A stretch of DNA of 64,000 bases, taken from positions 5,022,001-5,086,000 of the forward strand of contig NC_086375.1 of NCBI RefSeq assembly GCF_036588685.1, read 5' to 3'. The stretch is from Mytilus trossulus (lineage: Eukaryota). A program made the translations under genes and the position numbers. The notes below the pieces were generated by a model. That model saw only the letters and a program-made list of their open reading frames with translations, did no database searches and was not told the origin of the DNA. Of the stretch, positions 1 through 13,274 are shown one piece after another (the first letter of the stretch is position 1; each line of letters begins with the position of its first letter).

Positions 1-40
1 GTACAATAATTGGGCACTGACAATATACATGTAGTCAACT

Positions 41-180
41 GAAGGCCAGCTGAAGGACGCCTCCGGGTCCGGGAATTTCTCGCTACATTGAAGACCTGTT
101 AGTGACCTTCTTCTGTTGTCTGCTTTATGGTCGGGTTGTTGTCTCTTTGACACATCTCCCATTTCCATTCTCAATTTTAT
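41..180 (+). mobile_element. Short dispersed repeat = 3' tail of the Penelope-like (Naiad-type) family (family A)
   Basis: Reverse complement matches 17742-17880, which is contiguous with the RT-bearing copy; TAGTCAA at both 32-38 and 180-186 may be a target duplication. Confidence 0.75.
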
Positions 181-462
181 AGTCAAAGTAAAACATGAAA
201 TAACAAGTGACACTGACAATATATTGTCACAGTAAAAGACTAAGTAATAAGTGAGACACGAACATTATAGTTGCAAATTAACACCTGACAATAATTATAT
301 ATAGGGCACTGATTATATAGTTGTAGTAAAACGACGAACTTTAATGTCTATACAGACTATTTAGTCGCAAAAACATTGCATAGTTATTATAGTAGTCACA
401 ATTTGGGACACACGCTGACTTAAATGACCTAGGCTGAGGATCACTATAAAGCATACAACAGT

Positions 463-567
463 ACGGGATTCCATTGCATTGAAGACCTGTTGGTGACCTC
501 CTGCTGTTGTCTGCTCTATGGTCGGGTTGTTGTCTCTTTGGCACATTCCCCATTTTCATTCTCAAAA
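463..567 (+). mobile_element. Family A 3' tail fragment
   Basis: Near-identical to ~75-176 (cattgaagacctgtt...ttctcaa). Confidence 0.75.
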
Positions 568-2168
568 TAGAACAACACGGACCAAGCAAAATAAGAAATC
601 GATCTCATTTTCGATAATTTCCCAATTTTGGAAAAGAGAACATGATTTTGGTTACTATAAATAAACAATTTCCATGCTCTATACGACACGGAAATTCCAT
701 ATCAGTTTAATTGAATGTTAAATGGAAACATTGTTTTGTAATTGAAATCAGTTTCTGCATGGCACAGCCTTGCAACTGAAATTCTTACTTAAAACAATTG
801 AAAAACTCTCCAATAAAAATAATGTTATAAAAAACAAACACTATAACAAATTAGCTAGTACTTAAAATGAACTGTATAATTCAAGTTACTTCCAGGTGAA
901 ATACTATTAAATGAAACTATTCTGTCACTTCAAATTGTTTTATGTAAAAAAAAAATATAATAACACAAAAAGGTCACTTCAAATTGTTCCCGGTTAAGTA
1001 CATTTTATAGACACAAAATTGTAATCTCAATGGTTTCTACTCAAGTTCAATAGTTTATACAAAACAACGTAACACGGGAAACGACGAATACGCAAACGTG
1101 ATTTAATCGGGTCCTTGAGAAAAGGATAATAACCGAAATATCATTTCCGTACATATCGAAAAACGGCAACTTCCCACTTCCGGTTTTTACATTTTTACAA
1201 CATTTAAAATTAGAAAATTTTTATTACATGGAAATGGAACATATGGGATACTTGACCTGTATATAAATATATTTTTTTTATTTATTGTAAGTTTGATAAA
1301 TGTAAACACTTCATAGTAAGTATAGATAATTCAGTTTTATTATGAAAGTATGTTCTATATGTTTGTGTTGGTTTTTATCCAGTCAGATTTGTTTACTTTC
1401 TATCCTGATCCTGCATATGTTTGAAAGATTTTTGATGGTCAAATTGAGAATGATTAAAATTGATCGTCAAACGTTCTTGCATATATCTGTTTTATTCATA
1501 AATAAAAAATAAATAAAAAAAATAATGAAATGGTAGAAAAACTCGTTCAGAATAATAAAAAATGCATTTTTGTTTTTTTCTATTTCATTTAAAGTTCCAA
1601 TAAGCCGTGTTTAAATCCATTCATAAAATTCTAGAATACTTGTAATTTAATATAACCATCAAACAAAAAAACCTTTCTAAAACTATAGTTTTATTGACAA
1701 TTTTTACGACTAACTTGAATCTAATGTGATTTATGAAAACAATATTTGTAGTTTAAATTCCCGGGGAAATGTCATATAGCACTTTATTTTCCATCAACTA
1801 TACTCCTATCTCTATAGTCCATTTACAATCCTTATATGGACATTTAAAGTGCATTTAAAACTAATGGCTTTGGAAACATGTCTTTTAACGTTTTATATTT
1901 CTGACTGTTAATAAAACAAACAATGTACTGATGGGAATAAAATTGAGACAGTTATTTATTCAGAGCGAAAATAATAACTTCTATTTTTCTCTTTTTTTTC
2001 ATCCTATATTTACATTTTTGCTTTTTCATTTGTTATCTGTTCAAATATCTGATTCAAAATTATTTGTAAAATCTCGACGATGAAAATGAATAAAAAAATG
2101 TATCATAACCGTGTTTTTTTTTTGTTACTCTTTTTCTAAGGACAGTTTTAACTTAAATCGGGGAATAC

Positions 2169-2459
2169 TACGGAAGCGTATTAGCGCCACACATTTTTTT
2201 CCCCCTATGTTTGTGTATAAGGCAAACCTTTGCGTTGTAACGCAAACCTTTGCGTTTAACGCAAACATTTGCGTTCTAACGCAAACATTTTGCGTTATAA
2301 AAGGTTTGCGTTATAACGCGAAGGTTTGCGTTATAACGCAAAATGTTTGCGTTATAACGCAAAGGTTTGCGTTAAACGCAAAGGTTTGCGTTGTTTGCGT
2401 TATAACGCAAACATAGGAAAAAAAAAAAAAAAAATGTGTGGCGCTAATACGCTTCCGTA
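2169..2459. mobile_element. MITE with TAC...GTA termini and 6-bp TSD (IS3EU-like non-autonomous DNA transposon)
   Basis: TIR tacggaagcgtattagcgccacacattttt / aaaaatgtgtggcgctaatacgcttccgta; GAATAC at 2163-2168 and 2460-2465; interior built of aacgcaaacctttgcgtt palindromic units. Confidence 0.8.
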
Positions 2460-2509
2460 GAATACACCATGTATCTGCCTAAATAAGTTACATGAAGAAT
2501 GTTGTGTTC

Positions 2510-3095
2510 CAACCAAGTCAGGAATAAGTATTGTCAATTTCCTGTTTAAACCAAGTCAGGAATATTATTTTGTCAATTTACCTGTTTTAACTCATTATGG
2601 TCTTAGTATTTATCAATTTACCCGTTTTATCTGAGTCAGGAATAAGTATTGCCAATTTACCGGTTTTAACAAAGTCAGGAATAAGTATTGGAAATCTACC
2701 TGTTTTAACCAAGTCAGGAATAAGTGTTGTCAATCTACTTGTTTTCACCAAGTCGGACATAAGTGTTGTCAATTTACTTGTTTGACCAAGTCAGGAATAA
2801 GTATTGACAATTTACTTGTTTTAACCAAGTCGGGAATAAGAATTGTCAATTGACCTGTGTTAACAAAATCATTTTTTTCTAACCAAGTCAGACATGGTCG
2901 ATATGTTTTCTTCACTAAGTCAAAATTTGTCAATATGATTGTTGCTACCAAGTCAAAAATGATGAAGTTGCTTGCTATAACCAAGTCAAAAATTGACAAG
3001 CAATTCAAGAATTGTCAATATGTTTGTATTATACAAAGTCAGGTATTGGTCAATTTGTTTGTCTTTACTAAGCCAGGAGTTTTCAAGGTCAAGTA
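2510..3095. repeat. Degenerate tandem array, ~39-bp unit
   Basis: Recurrent aaccaagtcaggaataagtattgtcaatttacctgtttt, decaying to the right. Confidence 0.85.
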
Positions 3096-3475
3096 AATTA
3101 GTTTTTAACAATAAATCAGAATATGTCTGATAATATTTTCCTAATTGTATAACTTGAATATCCATTTCGTTTGGACATGTGCACGCCGTAGAAACTTAAC
3201 CGGAACACGTGGACGTACCATGTCTGTATTAAAATATTAATGAATAAGAGTTTCTGTAACAAGTCGTAATATCATGTTTGTTATCCAACACATGGGATCA
3301 TGTTTACTTTGTCGCAAAGTGATCGATGCTTTGATGTTACAGGTGTTGACTGCCAGGTAGCAGCTTGTAACACAGAAAAAAACGTAATCCAATAATATAT
3401 TGACCCAATAGTTACATTGTAATAGCACAGTTTTCTCAATGGTCGCTTTACGCAATTCTTTTTTTTTTCAGCGTT

Positions 3476-4106
3476 AATTTGAATACATATTTTTGGGACT
3501 GTTTTGACATTTTCAATTCTATGGTCTGCAAGATTTTACCTGATAAGCAGCAGAAAATCAACTTTTAAGTTTTTGTAAGTAACAGTTAACTTTTATTTAA
3601 CTTAGTATAAAGGTAAACGTATATTTGGCCATGCTTGTTTTGATTTACGTATTGAATAAATTCGTTCATGCTTGTTTTATTTTATGTATTGGATACATTC
3701 GTCCATGCTTGTTTTGTTTTACGTATTTGATACTTTCGTTCATGCTTGTTTGTTTTACGTATTGGCTACATTCGTTATGGTATAACTTATTGAATATGAA
3801 TTTGAATACATATTTTTGGGACTGTTTTGACATTTTCAATTCTATGGTCTGCAAGATTTTACCTGATAAGCAGCAGAAAATCAACTTTTAAGTTTTTGTA
3901 AGTAACAGTTAACTTTTATTTAACTTAGTATAAAGGTAAACGTATATTTGGCCATGCTTGTTTTGATTTACGTATTGAATAAATTCGTTCATGCTTGTTT
4001 TATTTTATGTATTGGATACATTCGTCCATGCTTGTTTTGTTTTACGTATTTGATACTTTCGTTCATGCTTGTTTGTTTTACGTATTGGCTACATTCGTTA
4101 TGGTAT
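3476..4106. repeat. Recent tandem duplication, period 323 bp
   Basis: 3476-3783 is essentially identical to 3799-4106. Confidence 0.9.
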
Positions 4107-7100
4107 TATGTAATAAAGTTGGAAGATATTGTCAAAATTAATTAGAAATTGCCTCAATTTAACGATTTCTTTAAAATTACGGCCATTTAAGATCATTTAA
4201 ATGGACTGAACCTAGAACACACGCAGAAAGAATTTTTGAAAAGAAAAGACACGTGCTGTCATTTTGATATAAATCTTGCCTCGTTCTGAATATCCATAGA
4301 GCCTCTTCTGGAGGTGAACTCGTTTATGTCTACTATCTTTGCCCAATATTAAAAATGGAATGAATAGGGTCTTAAAGTAGACGCCCAAGTTTTAAGTCTT
4401 GGATTTGCCACTCCGCGTCAAGCATACAATAATCATCTTTTTTTTTAAATTTGGTGTTGTTATGACATTTTATTTCAAAACAAAGAAGAAGTTCAGTAGT
4501 AAATAACAACTGAATTGTTAAGTCGTTAAAAACACGTTTTTTCGCACCAAATTGATAAAGTGTGATTTTCGTAATTTTCTCTTTTTCACACATTTTTGTA
4601 CCTGTTATATATATACACCGAAGTGTTATCCTATATTTACATGTCATATTGATATACAAAATAAAGCTCTAATAATGATAGCTGCTTAAAAGTATCACAA
4701 AACGTGAGATAGAAAAATTATCGCGAAAAAATATTAATAAAAAATAGGTTAAGCTCGCCATAACAGATAATTAAGCGTTGCTTCAAGGACAATAGCGGTA
4801 TAGTTGTTATATAATTGGCAACTGTTGCCAAAAAGATATCTTTAATAGCTATTGTAAATGATGTTTCTATTTTCGTATCTGTAATTATATAATATGGTAG
4901 CGTGATACAGTAGTTTTTTGCCTTAAATCTCCTGTAATATGGTACAATTTATCAGTTTTGTGTCCTATCTTGGACAGAAGTTTTTTTTATATAATCAGAC
5001 CAGATATGTTTTTCAAAATCCTCATCCCCTCTCAGGTAATCAAATGGCAAGATCTGCTCTACAAAAGAAACAATGTTTGCACCAAAATCAGATTAACAAC
5101 TTTTCCAAGTACTAACGTTTCCACAGACTAACAAACACAAAAGTAATTGGAGAACATAAAGATACCATCTTACACGTAAGAATGATTAGAAAATACAACA
5201 GTGGCATGAGCGGTTCTCGATTACTTTGAGTGTCGTGTATAACTTTGGACAATCAAAAATACTGTTGTACCCAACCATAGATGAATGAAGTAAATGTATG
5301 CTTTAAAAATGGGTGATTTTTCGAAATTATAAAGTTACGGCTCTTGAAATAACCTTTAAGTTCAGTTCATAATTCCTAATATTTACCGTTGAAAACATTG
5401 TGAAGATGAGAAGAGAGACACAAACAGTCTTTTATCCTTACTGTTTCGTTAAACTTGATTTAAATAGGATTATAACAATGATTTCAGGGCCATTTGCCTA
5501 TTCATATTGTATTCATAAAACCATATTTTGACAACGTGTGCGAGAACACCAGTTAATTCAATCTTTTATAAAGCGATCTTCAGAATTTTAAGTATCTGTT
5601 AAACGATTTTTCCGTCTTAAGTGTTCTCTAAGAAAGTGTGTCTATCCTATAATATATTTTCAATCTGTCTTATTACAAAACCTACGATAATGTATTGATG
5701 TCATTATAATTCTTCCTTTCTAGTTTCCGCTGACGTAATTACACAATTTATTTTGTTGTTTGTCAAGACGAAAATAATATACTAATTTCATTGGTAGGTC
5801 TTGTGCATACAAACATTCTCTCTTTCATGTTGAGAAGTATTTTCTATTTGTAATGACTAATATTTATTTCATTGCTGTATAAACTATTTCACAAGTTGTT
5901 TTTCATTATCTAATCAGAAACATAACGATAAAAAAGCCTGCTTTTTACATTTTCTTCTCGTGTGTTGTAAAAATATCAGTAACAAGCCAAAGAAGATGAA
6001 TTCTCCCACGCAAGGTTCAGATGAAGTTCAAGAAAATCGGTCAACCAATCAAACCTACATAATATGTATGTATACATATATTTTTTAAAACGAAATCTAC
6101 CTGTAAATTATACGTTTAACACTGAAATTTATTAGACCTTTTTCAAGGTTGTGTCACTAGCGTTTCGTCCCAATGGTTTTGTAATTAAGCGATGTATATT
6201 TCTGTGTAGAACCCGTCAATCAATAAAACCTAATCAGATCATCCCATAGATGCGTCTGTACTTGCTGATGTAGCCTTGACTTCTTACACAATACCAAGCA
6301 CAATACAGTACTCATCAATGGAGGACATAGACAAACAAGTTCATTCCCGAAGGTTACAACACGCGGAAATAGTACTGCTCATTTGCATTTTTGAAACGGA
6401 AAAGGGTTTCGAAAGAATTGCGTATGAAATGTCAAAGTACAGTGAAATATTTTGAGATGGTTTTTTACTCCCCCCCTCCCTCTCCCAATAAAATAAAATA
6501 TATGATAGTTTATGAAACTGAAAAATATACCTGAATCTCTGATTGTGATTTTGACCTGTGCTAGAAATAAATCTGGATAATAAAAACCTCAGCTTTTTCT
6601 GGGAGTCTTTTTTCAAACTAAAACTGGATTTTGTATTACATGTATAGTTCACCAATCCACATTGATATACTTCTAAGGAACATATGAAATGCACCTTTTT
6701 CACAATGTTTAGCTGACATGGCTCCAACGGTCATATGAACTTTATATGTCCATCTTTAGCCGTAACAATTTTCAAACGGCTTCTGCTCTAAATAAACTTG
6801 GCAATGCTAATGTATTAACCTTCTGCACATGATCTTCATTTTGTAAAAATCGGACGAATAGAAAAAAACATGACCGCCAAGAGTACATAAAGGAAACAAG
6901 TTTGAAATAAACAATAGAATAAATTTCACAATTCTTAATTCATTTTAACGATATGGATCATATCCTTTCTCTCTATGACCCCTTTTTCATCATTCAGAAC
7001 TTGTATCTCGTATATCCCCATAAACTTGAATTAACAAAGACTATTCAGACAGTCTGTGCAAAAAAATATCTTCCAAAACTTAACGCGGAGGAACACCACA

Positions 7101-7164
7101 TTATTCATTGAAGTACATGTTGTTGGTTTGGGGATGCTATCTGCATTTTGTTGTTGTATTTTGG

Positions 7165-8120
7165 TGCACAGTGATATATTTATTTCCCGTAATTTTTCTA
7201 CAGTGATATACTAATTTCCCATGGCTGTTATACGGTGTTATATTTATTTACCGTGGTTGTTATACGGTGATATATTTATCTCCCGTGGTTGTTAAACGAT
7301 GATATATTTATTTACCGTGGTTGTTTTTACGGTGTTATATTTATATCCTATGGTTATAATACGGTGATATATTCATTTCCCGTGGTTGTTATACGTTGTT
7401 ATTTCCCGTGGCTTTTATACAGTGTTATATTTATTTTCCGTGTTTGTTATACGGTGATATATTTATTTCCCGTGGTTGTTATACGGTGGTATAGTTATTT
7501 CCCGTGGTTGTAATACGGTGATATATTTATTTCCCGTGATTGTTATACGGTGATATATTTATTTCCCGTGGTTGTTATACGGTGTTATATTTATTTCCCG
7601 TGGTTGTTATGCGGTGATATATGTATTTCCCGTGGTTGTTTACACGGTGCTATATTTATTTCCCGTGGTTGTTATACGGTGTTATATTTATTTTCCGTGG
7701 TTGTTATACGGTGATATATTTATTTCCCGTGGTTGTTATACAGTGCTATATTTATTTCCCGTGGTGATTATACGGTGCTATATTTATTTCCCGTGGTTGT
7801 TATACGGTGATATATTTATTTCCCGTGGTTGTTATACAGTGCTATATTTATTTCCCGTGGTGATTATACGGTGTTATATTTATTTTCCGTGGTTGTTATA
7901 CGGTGATATATTTATTTCCCGTGGTTGTTATACAGTGCTATATTTATTTCCCGTGGTGATTATACGGTGCTATATTTATTTCCCGTGGTTGTTATATGGT
8001 GATATAATTATTTCCCGTGGTTTTTATACAGTGATATACTTATTTCTCTTGGTTGTTATATGGTAATATATAATTTCCCGTGCTTGTTATACGATTTTTT
8101 TATATCCCGAGGTTGTTATA
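7165..8120. repeat. Minisatellite, 32-bp unit
   Basis: Unit ccgtggttgttatacggtgatatatttatttc, ~30 copies. Confidence 0.95.
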
Positions 8121-9129
8121 TGATGGTAACTATTCTTATATTCAATGGTTGTTTTAGGGCGTATATGTGTTAATTATAATAACCACGGTTGCTCCGCGTT
8201 ATGAAACGTATCTTTTTAATATTTATTTTTTTCTAAGGGTTACATCACAGCTTATGTGGCAGGTCATATGTGGTGTTAATTTTATTGACCGTTGTTGACA
8301 TGTGATGTTTTATAAATCCCCAAGGTGTTACTTCCCAATTCCGTGTTATTTGACGTTTATTTCATATCATGTGCATCTTGATATTTAACTTCATATCCTG
8401 CTTTTATTATATCATCCATTTGCGGATCCAGGGGGGGGGGGGGGGTCGGGTTGGATTTTAGTGTTTCTGTATATTCAGATGCATATAAATATATGTAGCC
8501 TAGGTATTCTTGGTTGTATACATTTTTTGACGCTGATTTCAAAACTGAATTATAAAATTACCTCCATTCTAAAGTTTATTCTTCTCATTTTTTTCTCTCT
8601 TAACTATTGTAGCTATCACTGAAGAACACTTAGAATTCAGTTGAAAATTCTCATTTTGTTTCTCAGATTCACCGGCATGTTTGATATTATTTCATCTAAT
8701 AAAAATAATGTATTTTAGATAAAAACTTTGATTAAAATAGGATAATCCTCTGTCAAAATTATCCATATAAGCTAATAGATTTTTGCTCCAATTTTTCTAA
8801 GAATTATATCAAAGGATAGTCTAGAAATAAAAGTCATAAGTTTTTCTAGGAAAACAAATGATAAACGAAAATTACTCTGGATGAAGTGAAAAGTAATTAC
8901 GTAAATGTAAAATAATCTTACCAAAATATTGTTTTTGAAGTATAAAGGTTGTTTTGAAATGGTTCGCGTTAAACTTCGATAAAACCACAAGACAAAAACA
9001 CAAGCAATTTAAAATAATAATACATCTGTCACTGGTGGAGCAAAAACAAGTAATCCCGCAAACAACCGAGTCCAACTATGTCTTTCGATTGAGTTCGTCA
9101 CGTTCGTCAGTCGTTTTTGTTGAAGTTTG

Positions 9130-10310
9130 GGTTTTCAGTCATGGTGGTGCCGTTGATCTTTTGTTTGAGTCATGGTGTTGCCGTTGTTCTTTTGTTTGAG
9201 TCATTGCAGTGCCCTTGTTCTTTGTATTAATTCAAATTGTTGTCGTTCTTTTGTTTTAAGTGCTACAGCTGTTCTTGTCTTTTGATTCATGATGTTGTTG
9301 CTGTTGATATTTTTTTTTTATTCATGGTGTTGTCATTGCTCTTTTGTTTTGAGTCAGAGTTACCGTTGTTCTTATATTTTTAGTTCTTGTTCTGCCAAAG
9401 TTCTGTTGTATTGAGTCACGATATTGCCGTTAGTCTTTTGTTTTTAGTTATGATGTTGTCATTGTTTTTGTGTTTTAAGTCATAGTGTTGTCGTTGTTTT
9501 TGTGTTTTAAGTCATAGTGTTGTCGTTGTTTTTGTGTTTTAAGTCATAGTGTTGTCGTTGTTTTTGTGTTTTAAGTCATGGTGTTGACTTTGTTCTTTTG
9601 TTTTGGGTCATAGTGGTGTCTTTGTTCTTGTCTTTTAATCATTGTTTTGCCGTTGTTCTTTTATTTTGGGTCATAGTGGTGTCGTTGTTCTTGTGGGTTT
9701 AGTCTAGTATTATCGTTGTTCTTGTATTTTGAGTCATGGTGTTGCCGTTGTTCTTATGTTTTGAGTCCTTGTGTTGTCGAATTTCTGTTGTATTGAGTCA
9801 CGATATTGCCGTTAGTGTTTTGTTTTTAGTCATGGTGTTATCGTTTTTTTTGTGATTTGAGTCATGATGTTGTCATTGTTTTTGTGTTTTTAGTCATGGT
9901 GTTGCCGTTGCTATTTTTTGTATTGTCAAGGTGTTGTCGTTGATCTTTTTGTTTTGTCACAGTGTTACCGCTGTTATTGTGTTTTTAGTTATAAAGTTGC
10001 TGTTGTTCTTGTGTTTTAAGTCATGCAGTATTGGTTGTTCCTTTGTTTTTAGTTATGAAGTTGCCATTGTTCATTTGTGTTGAGATGCAGGATGTTGACG
10101 TTGTTCTGGTGTCAAGTTGTAATAAATTTTATTGCAGTTTTTCCTTTTTTTTTTAAACATGGTGTTGCCGTTGTTCTTTTGTTTTTAAATCATTTAGTTA
10201 TCGTTGTTCTTGCGTTTTGAGGCATGGTGTTGTCGTTGTTCTTTTGTTTTGACTCATAATGGAACCGTTGTTCTTGTGTTTTAAGTCATGGTGCTGCCGT
10301 TGTTCTTTAA
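9130..10310. repeat. Degenerate minisatellite, ~32-bp unit
   Basis: Unit like gtcatagtgttgtcgttgtttttgtgttttaa; exact copies near 9470-9580. Confidence 0.85.
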
Positions 10311-11559
10311 CTTGCGGGTTTGGATTGCATCTTCTTCCGGTTTTTAAATGTAATCGTTCATAGTTTATATTAATCAGATATGCTGGTCTATTTTGTATAC
10401 TTTATAATAAATATACAATTAAACTAAATCAAAGATACCTACTGGGTACATACTATTGGAAATTTATATTATTATATTTATCAAAAGAAACTCAGCAGGA
10501 AGAAAAATTACACTAAATTTGATTTCACAACGTATAAATCTCAGAAATTACTATTACATATAATTTATTACTCTCCGGAAATGATAAAACCAAAACCTTA
10601 TGTTTATTTACATTAAAAGTGCTGGTAAATTAAACGAGTAATTAGCGACTGTGTTTCTTTTCAAAGTGTGATCTTATGTCTTGTGCATGAAAAGGGTTTA
10701 TGTTATTTGAGAAAAAAGATAAATTCTATAAAATCATTATATTTTAACATACATGATATGTGAGTGATTACAACCGAATAACAACAGTTTAAGCCATGTT
10801 AGTAGTGATACTAAAAATAGCTGAATTAATCTTACAGTCTAAAAGAGAAAAGGGGGAATGGTTGAGGTAGAAAAGGGGAAGTTAACGCTGGCATGGTATT
10901 CGTGAGTGAAAGAAAAGCTTTCTTCGAAAGAACAAGTTTTTGAAAAAGTTTACATCTAAAGAATAGTTTTACCGTGTTTTTTATGCGTCTTTCGTGTAGC
11001 ATTAAATTAAAACGAATAAATTGAACGACAAAAATGTAGATACTTTTCCGCGTTGCCTGGGTAAGTTTCATTTATTTCTTTTTGTTTACAATGATCTACA
11101 ATAAATGACTGTACTTGAAAAGACAAGGTTCGCCATAAAAATTGTTTTGTCAAATGTTGCATTTAAATGAATTCAGGTGTTTTAATAATAAGTAAATATA
11201 CATAGAGATACTATGATAAAATGTTCAGTACCGTTTACGTTATTTAATTGGATAATCTAATTACAACATACGCCATATAACAAGTACATATGTGTGTAAC
11301 ATCTGGTTTAAGAGATAATATATCACTGTGTATTACCTGTCAGGCTAAAAATAACCATGTGACCTGACCTTTCTAAGTGACCAAATAACTAACACATGGC
11401 CAAAATAATTTACTGTTCAAATGCAGTTCGTTTTGTGTATTGAGAAAACCATTTAAATTTCTAATCTCAAATATTGATTTTTACAACAGAAATATAATAG
11501 AATTTAGATAATTGATTTATACACGTAATGATATTTGTATGAATTAGATATTACCACAA

Positions 11560-11935
11560 GAGTAAATGTTTGCGTAGGTTCACGATTACAGCATTTCTCA
11601 CTTGAAAACGAGGCTTAAGATTTTGACATGTAACTGTTTTTCACCTTACGCAACATGAGTTAGAAACTGACCAATAGGGGCGTATTTTATATGTGTTTAA
11701 GGCTTGAATGAAGGCATGGACATGCCCATAATCCAGTTGGAAAGCGCGATTGGTTAGTTAATATTGGATTACGTGAATTATCGAATAGTTTAGAATAAGT
11801 TACCAGCGTCAAGTGAGGTCAGGGTCTAAAGCCAATTGGAATATGTTAGGCAATTGATAAATATACGTAATAATTTTTCCAAGGACATGTACGACAATAC
11901 ACAATTCCATATTGATAAATTTTCGTAACAGTTGG
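11560..11935 (+). promoter_or_regulatory. Probable promoter of the giant-like gene
   Basis: CCAAT/ATTGG at 11671, 11749, 11763, 11832; PAR/C-EBP-like TTACGCAA 11646, ATTACGTGAA 11768, TATACGTAAT 11862; just upstream of a splice donor. Confidence 0.55.
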
Positions 11936-11974
11936 TTTTAATTTTCGAAGGATAGTTTTACTAATGTGAAAAAG

Positions 11975-12125
11975 GTAAGAGAGTTTATATTATTAAGATA
12001 TTTTTATATCAGTATCGACCTGTTAAATCTTGTGTATTCGGTATAAATAATTCAGTTATGTCGTGTTGTGTATTTAAAATAAATGTCCACGTTATATAAA
12101 ACTTCCCGTTCTTTTGTTCTTGCAG
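11975..12125 (+). other. Predicted 5'UTR intron of the giant-like gene
   Basis: Donor AAG|GTAAGA at 11975; pyrimidine tract and TTGCAG| acceptor ending 12125, 48 nt before the ATG. Confidence 0.65.
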
Positions 12126-12173
12126 GTTTATTAATCCGGAAGGGTTTGATAAATAGTTATTAATGTGAAGGCT

Positions 12174-13274
12174 ATGGCGGAGGATGGTTCGCCTAACAAT
12201 AACGGAGAAATGCACTACACAACCTCAAGAGCTAATCACAATGAACATTATCGATCAATAAATAATACTAATAACGAGAATGGTTATTCATCAGAGGAAA
12301 GAAGTAACTCGCCTTTGGATTTTTCGTTTAAGAGAAAAAATGGGGACAATGAAATCTCAGGATCAGACTCTGTTCCATCGCCAGCATCAACTAACGATAC
12401 TGGATTAAGTCAGGATCATGATGATAGAAAAATATCAGAAAGTGAGGAAAAAATTCTAATGAATGGACTGGTTAATAAAATCAAGTCCGAACCTGACAGT
12501 AACTGGTCATTGAATCACAATGTAGCAAGTATGTTGACAGCTTTTCAAGCTGGACTTATCCCTAACCCTATGCTTGGACCACTTCCGTCTGTTGCCGCAC
12601 TCATGGCGCCTAAATATCCGCAAAACAAATCTTCATCAACCCGTCCATTCAAATCTTACCCTAAAGACCCATTAGGTATGGGTGGGTATATACCTGGACT
12701 TGTGCCGTCAGATTCTCATGGTTTTCAGAATCTCAACTTAAACAGCGAAGAATTCTTTCATTTGTATCGACATCATATGATGCTAGCGGGCGAGAAAATG
12801 CACGAATCATCTCAATCACCACTATTGCAATCAAAAGCATCGTCCAATGTTACTACGACAAGTTCACCCAGCTCAAGCTCTACTATAAGTCCTAACGGGG
12901 TTAAAAGTGAACACAGTCAGAACGGGTTTAGAAATGGACCCAGTCCTAACGGGTTCAGAAATATACCTAGTCCTAATGGCATCAGACCTGCTCAGCTAAT
13001 GGGTATATCATCTTCAACCGAACACAGAAATTATACATCATCCCGCAAACGTGCAAGAATTTTACCGGAAGAACAAAAAGATGGAGCGTATTGGGAACGG
13101 AGGCGAAAAAATAATGAAGCTGCTAAACGATCGAGGGATATGAGAAGAGCTAAAGAAGATGAGATTGCCATCCGAGCGGCTCTGCTCGAGCAGGAGAATT
13201 TAAAACTACGGGTAGAAGTGGCATCACTGAAAACGGAAACGGCCAAGTTACGTTGTATGTTGTATAACAGTTAA
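12174..13274 (+). CDS. gt: PAR-family bZIP transcription factor, protein Giant-like (366 aa, single coding exon)
   Basis: C-terminal b[44 protein letters not shown]; Giant-type [10 protein letters not shown] motif; CtBP-type PLDFS motif; first ATG at 12174 (ORF-track start 12165 is GTG). Confidence 0.9.
   Translation: MAEDGSPNNNGEMHYTTSRANHNEHYRSINNTNNENGYSSEERSNSPLDFSFKRKNGDNEISGSDSVPSPASTNDTGLSQDHDDRKISESEEKILMNGLVNKIKSEPDSNWSLNHNVASMLTAFQAGLIPNPMLGPLPSVAALMAPKYPQNKSSSTRPFKSYPKDPLGMGGYIPGLVPSDSHGFQNLNLNSEEFFHLYRHHMMLAGEKMHESSQSPLLQSKASSNVTTTSSPSSSSTISPNGVKSEHSQNGFRNGPSPNGFRNIPSPNGIRPAQLMGISSSTEHRNYTSSRKRARILPEEQKDGAYWERRRKNNEAAKRSRDMRRAKEDEIAIRAALLEQENLKLRVEVASLKTETAKLRCMLYNS

Noticed and set aside
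7289-8066. Hydrophobic repetitive ORFs
   Set aside because: Translation of the 32-bp minisatellite
8611-8655. atcactgaaga...gaaa hammerhead-like remnant
   Set aside because: Stems II and III cannot be formed
11712-11727. p53-type decamer GGACATGCCC
   Set aside because: Only one half-site; the second overlaps it and is mismatched
12165-12173. ORF-track start of the bZIP gene
   Set aside because: GTG codon; first in-frame ATG is 12174
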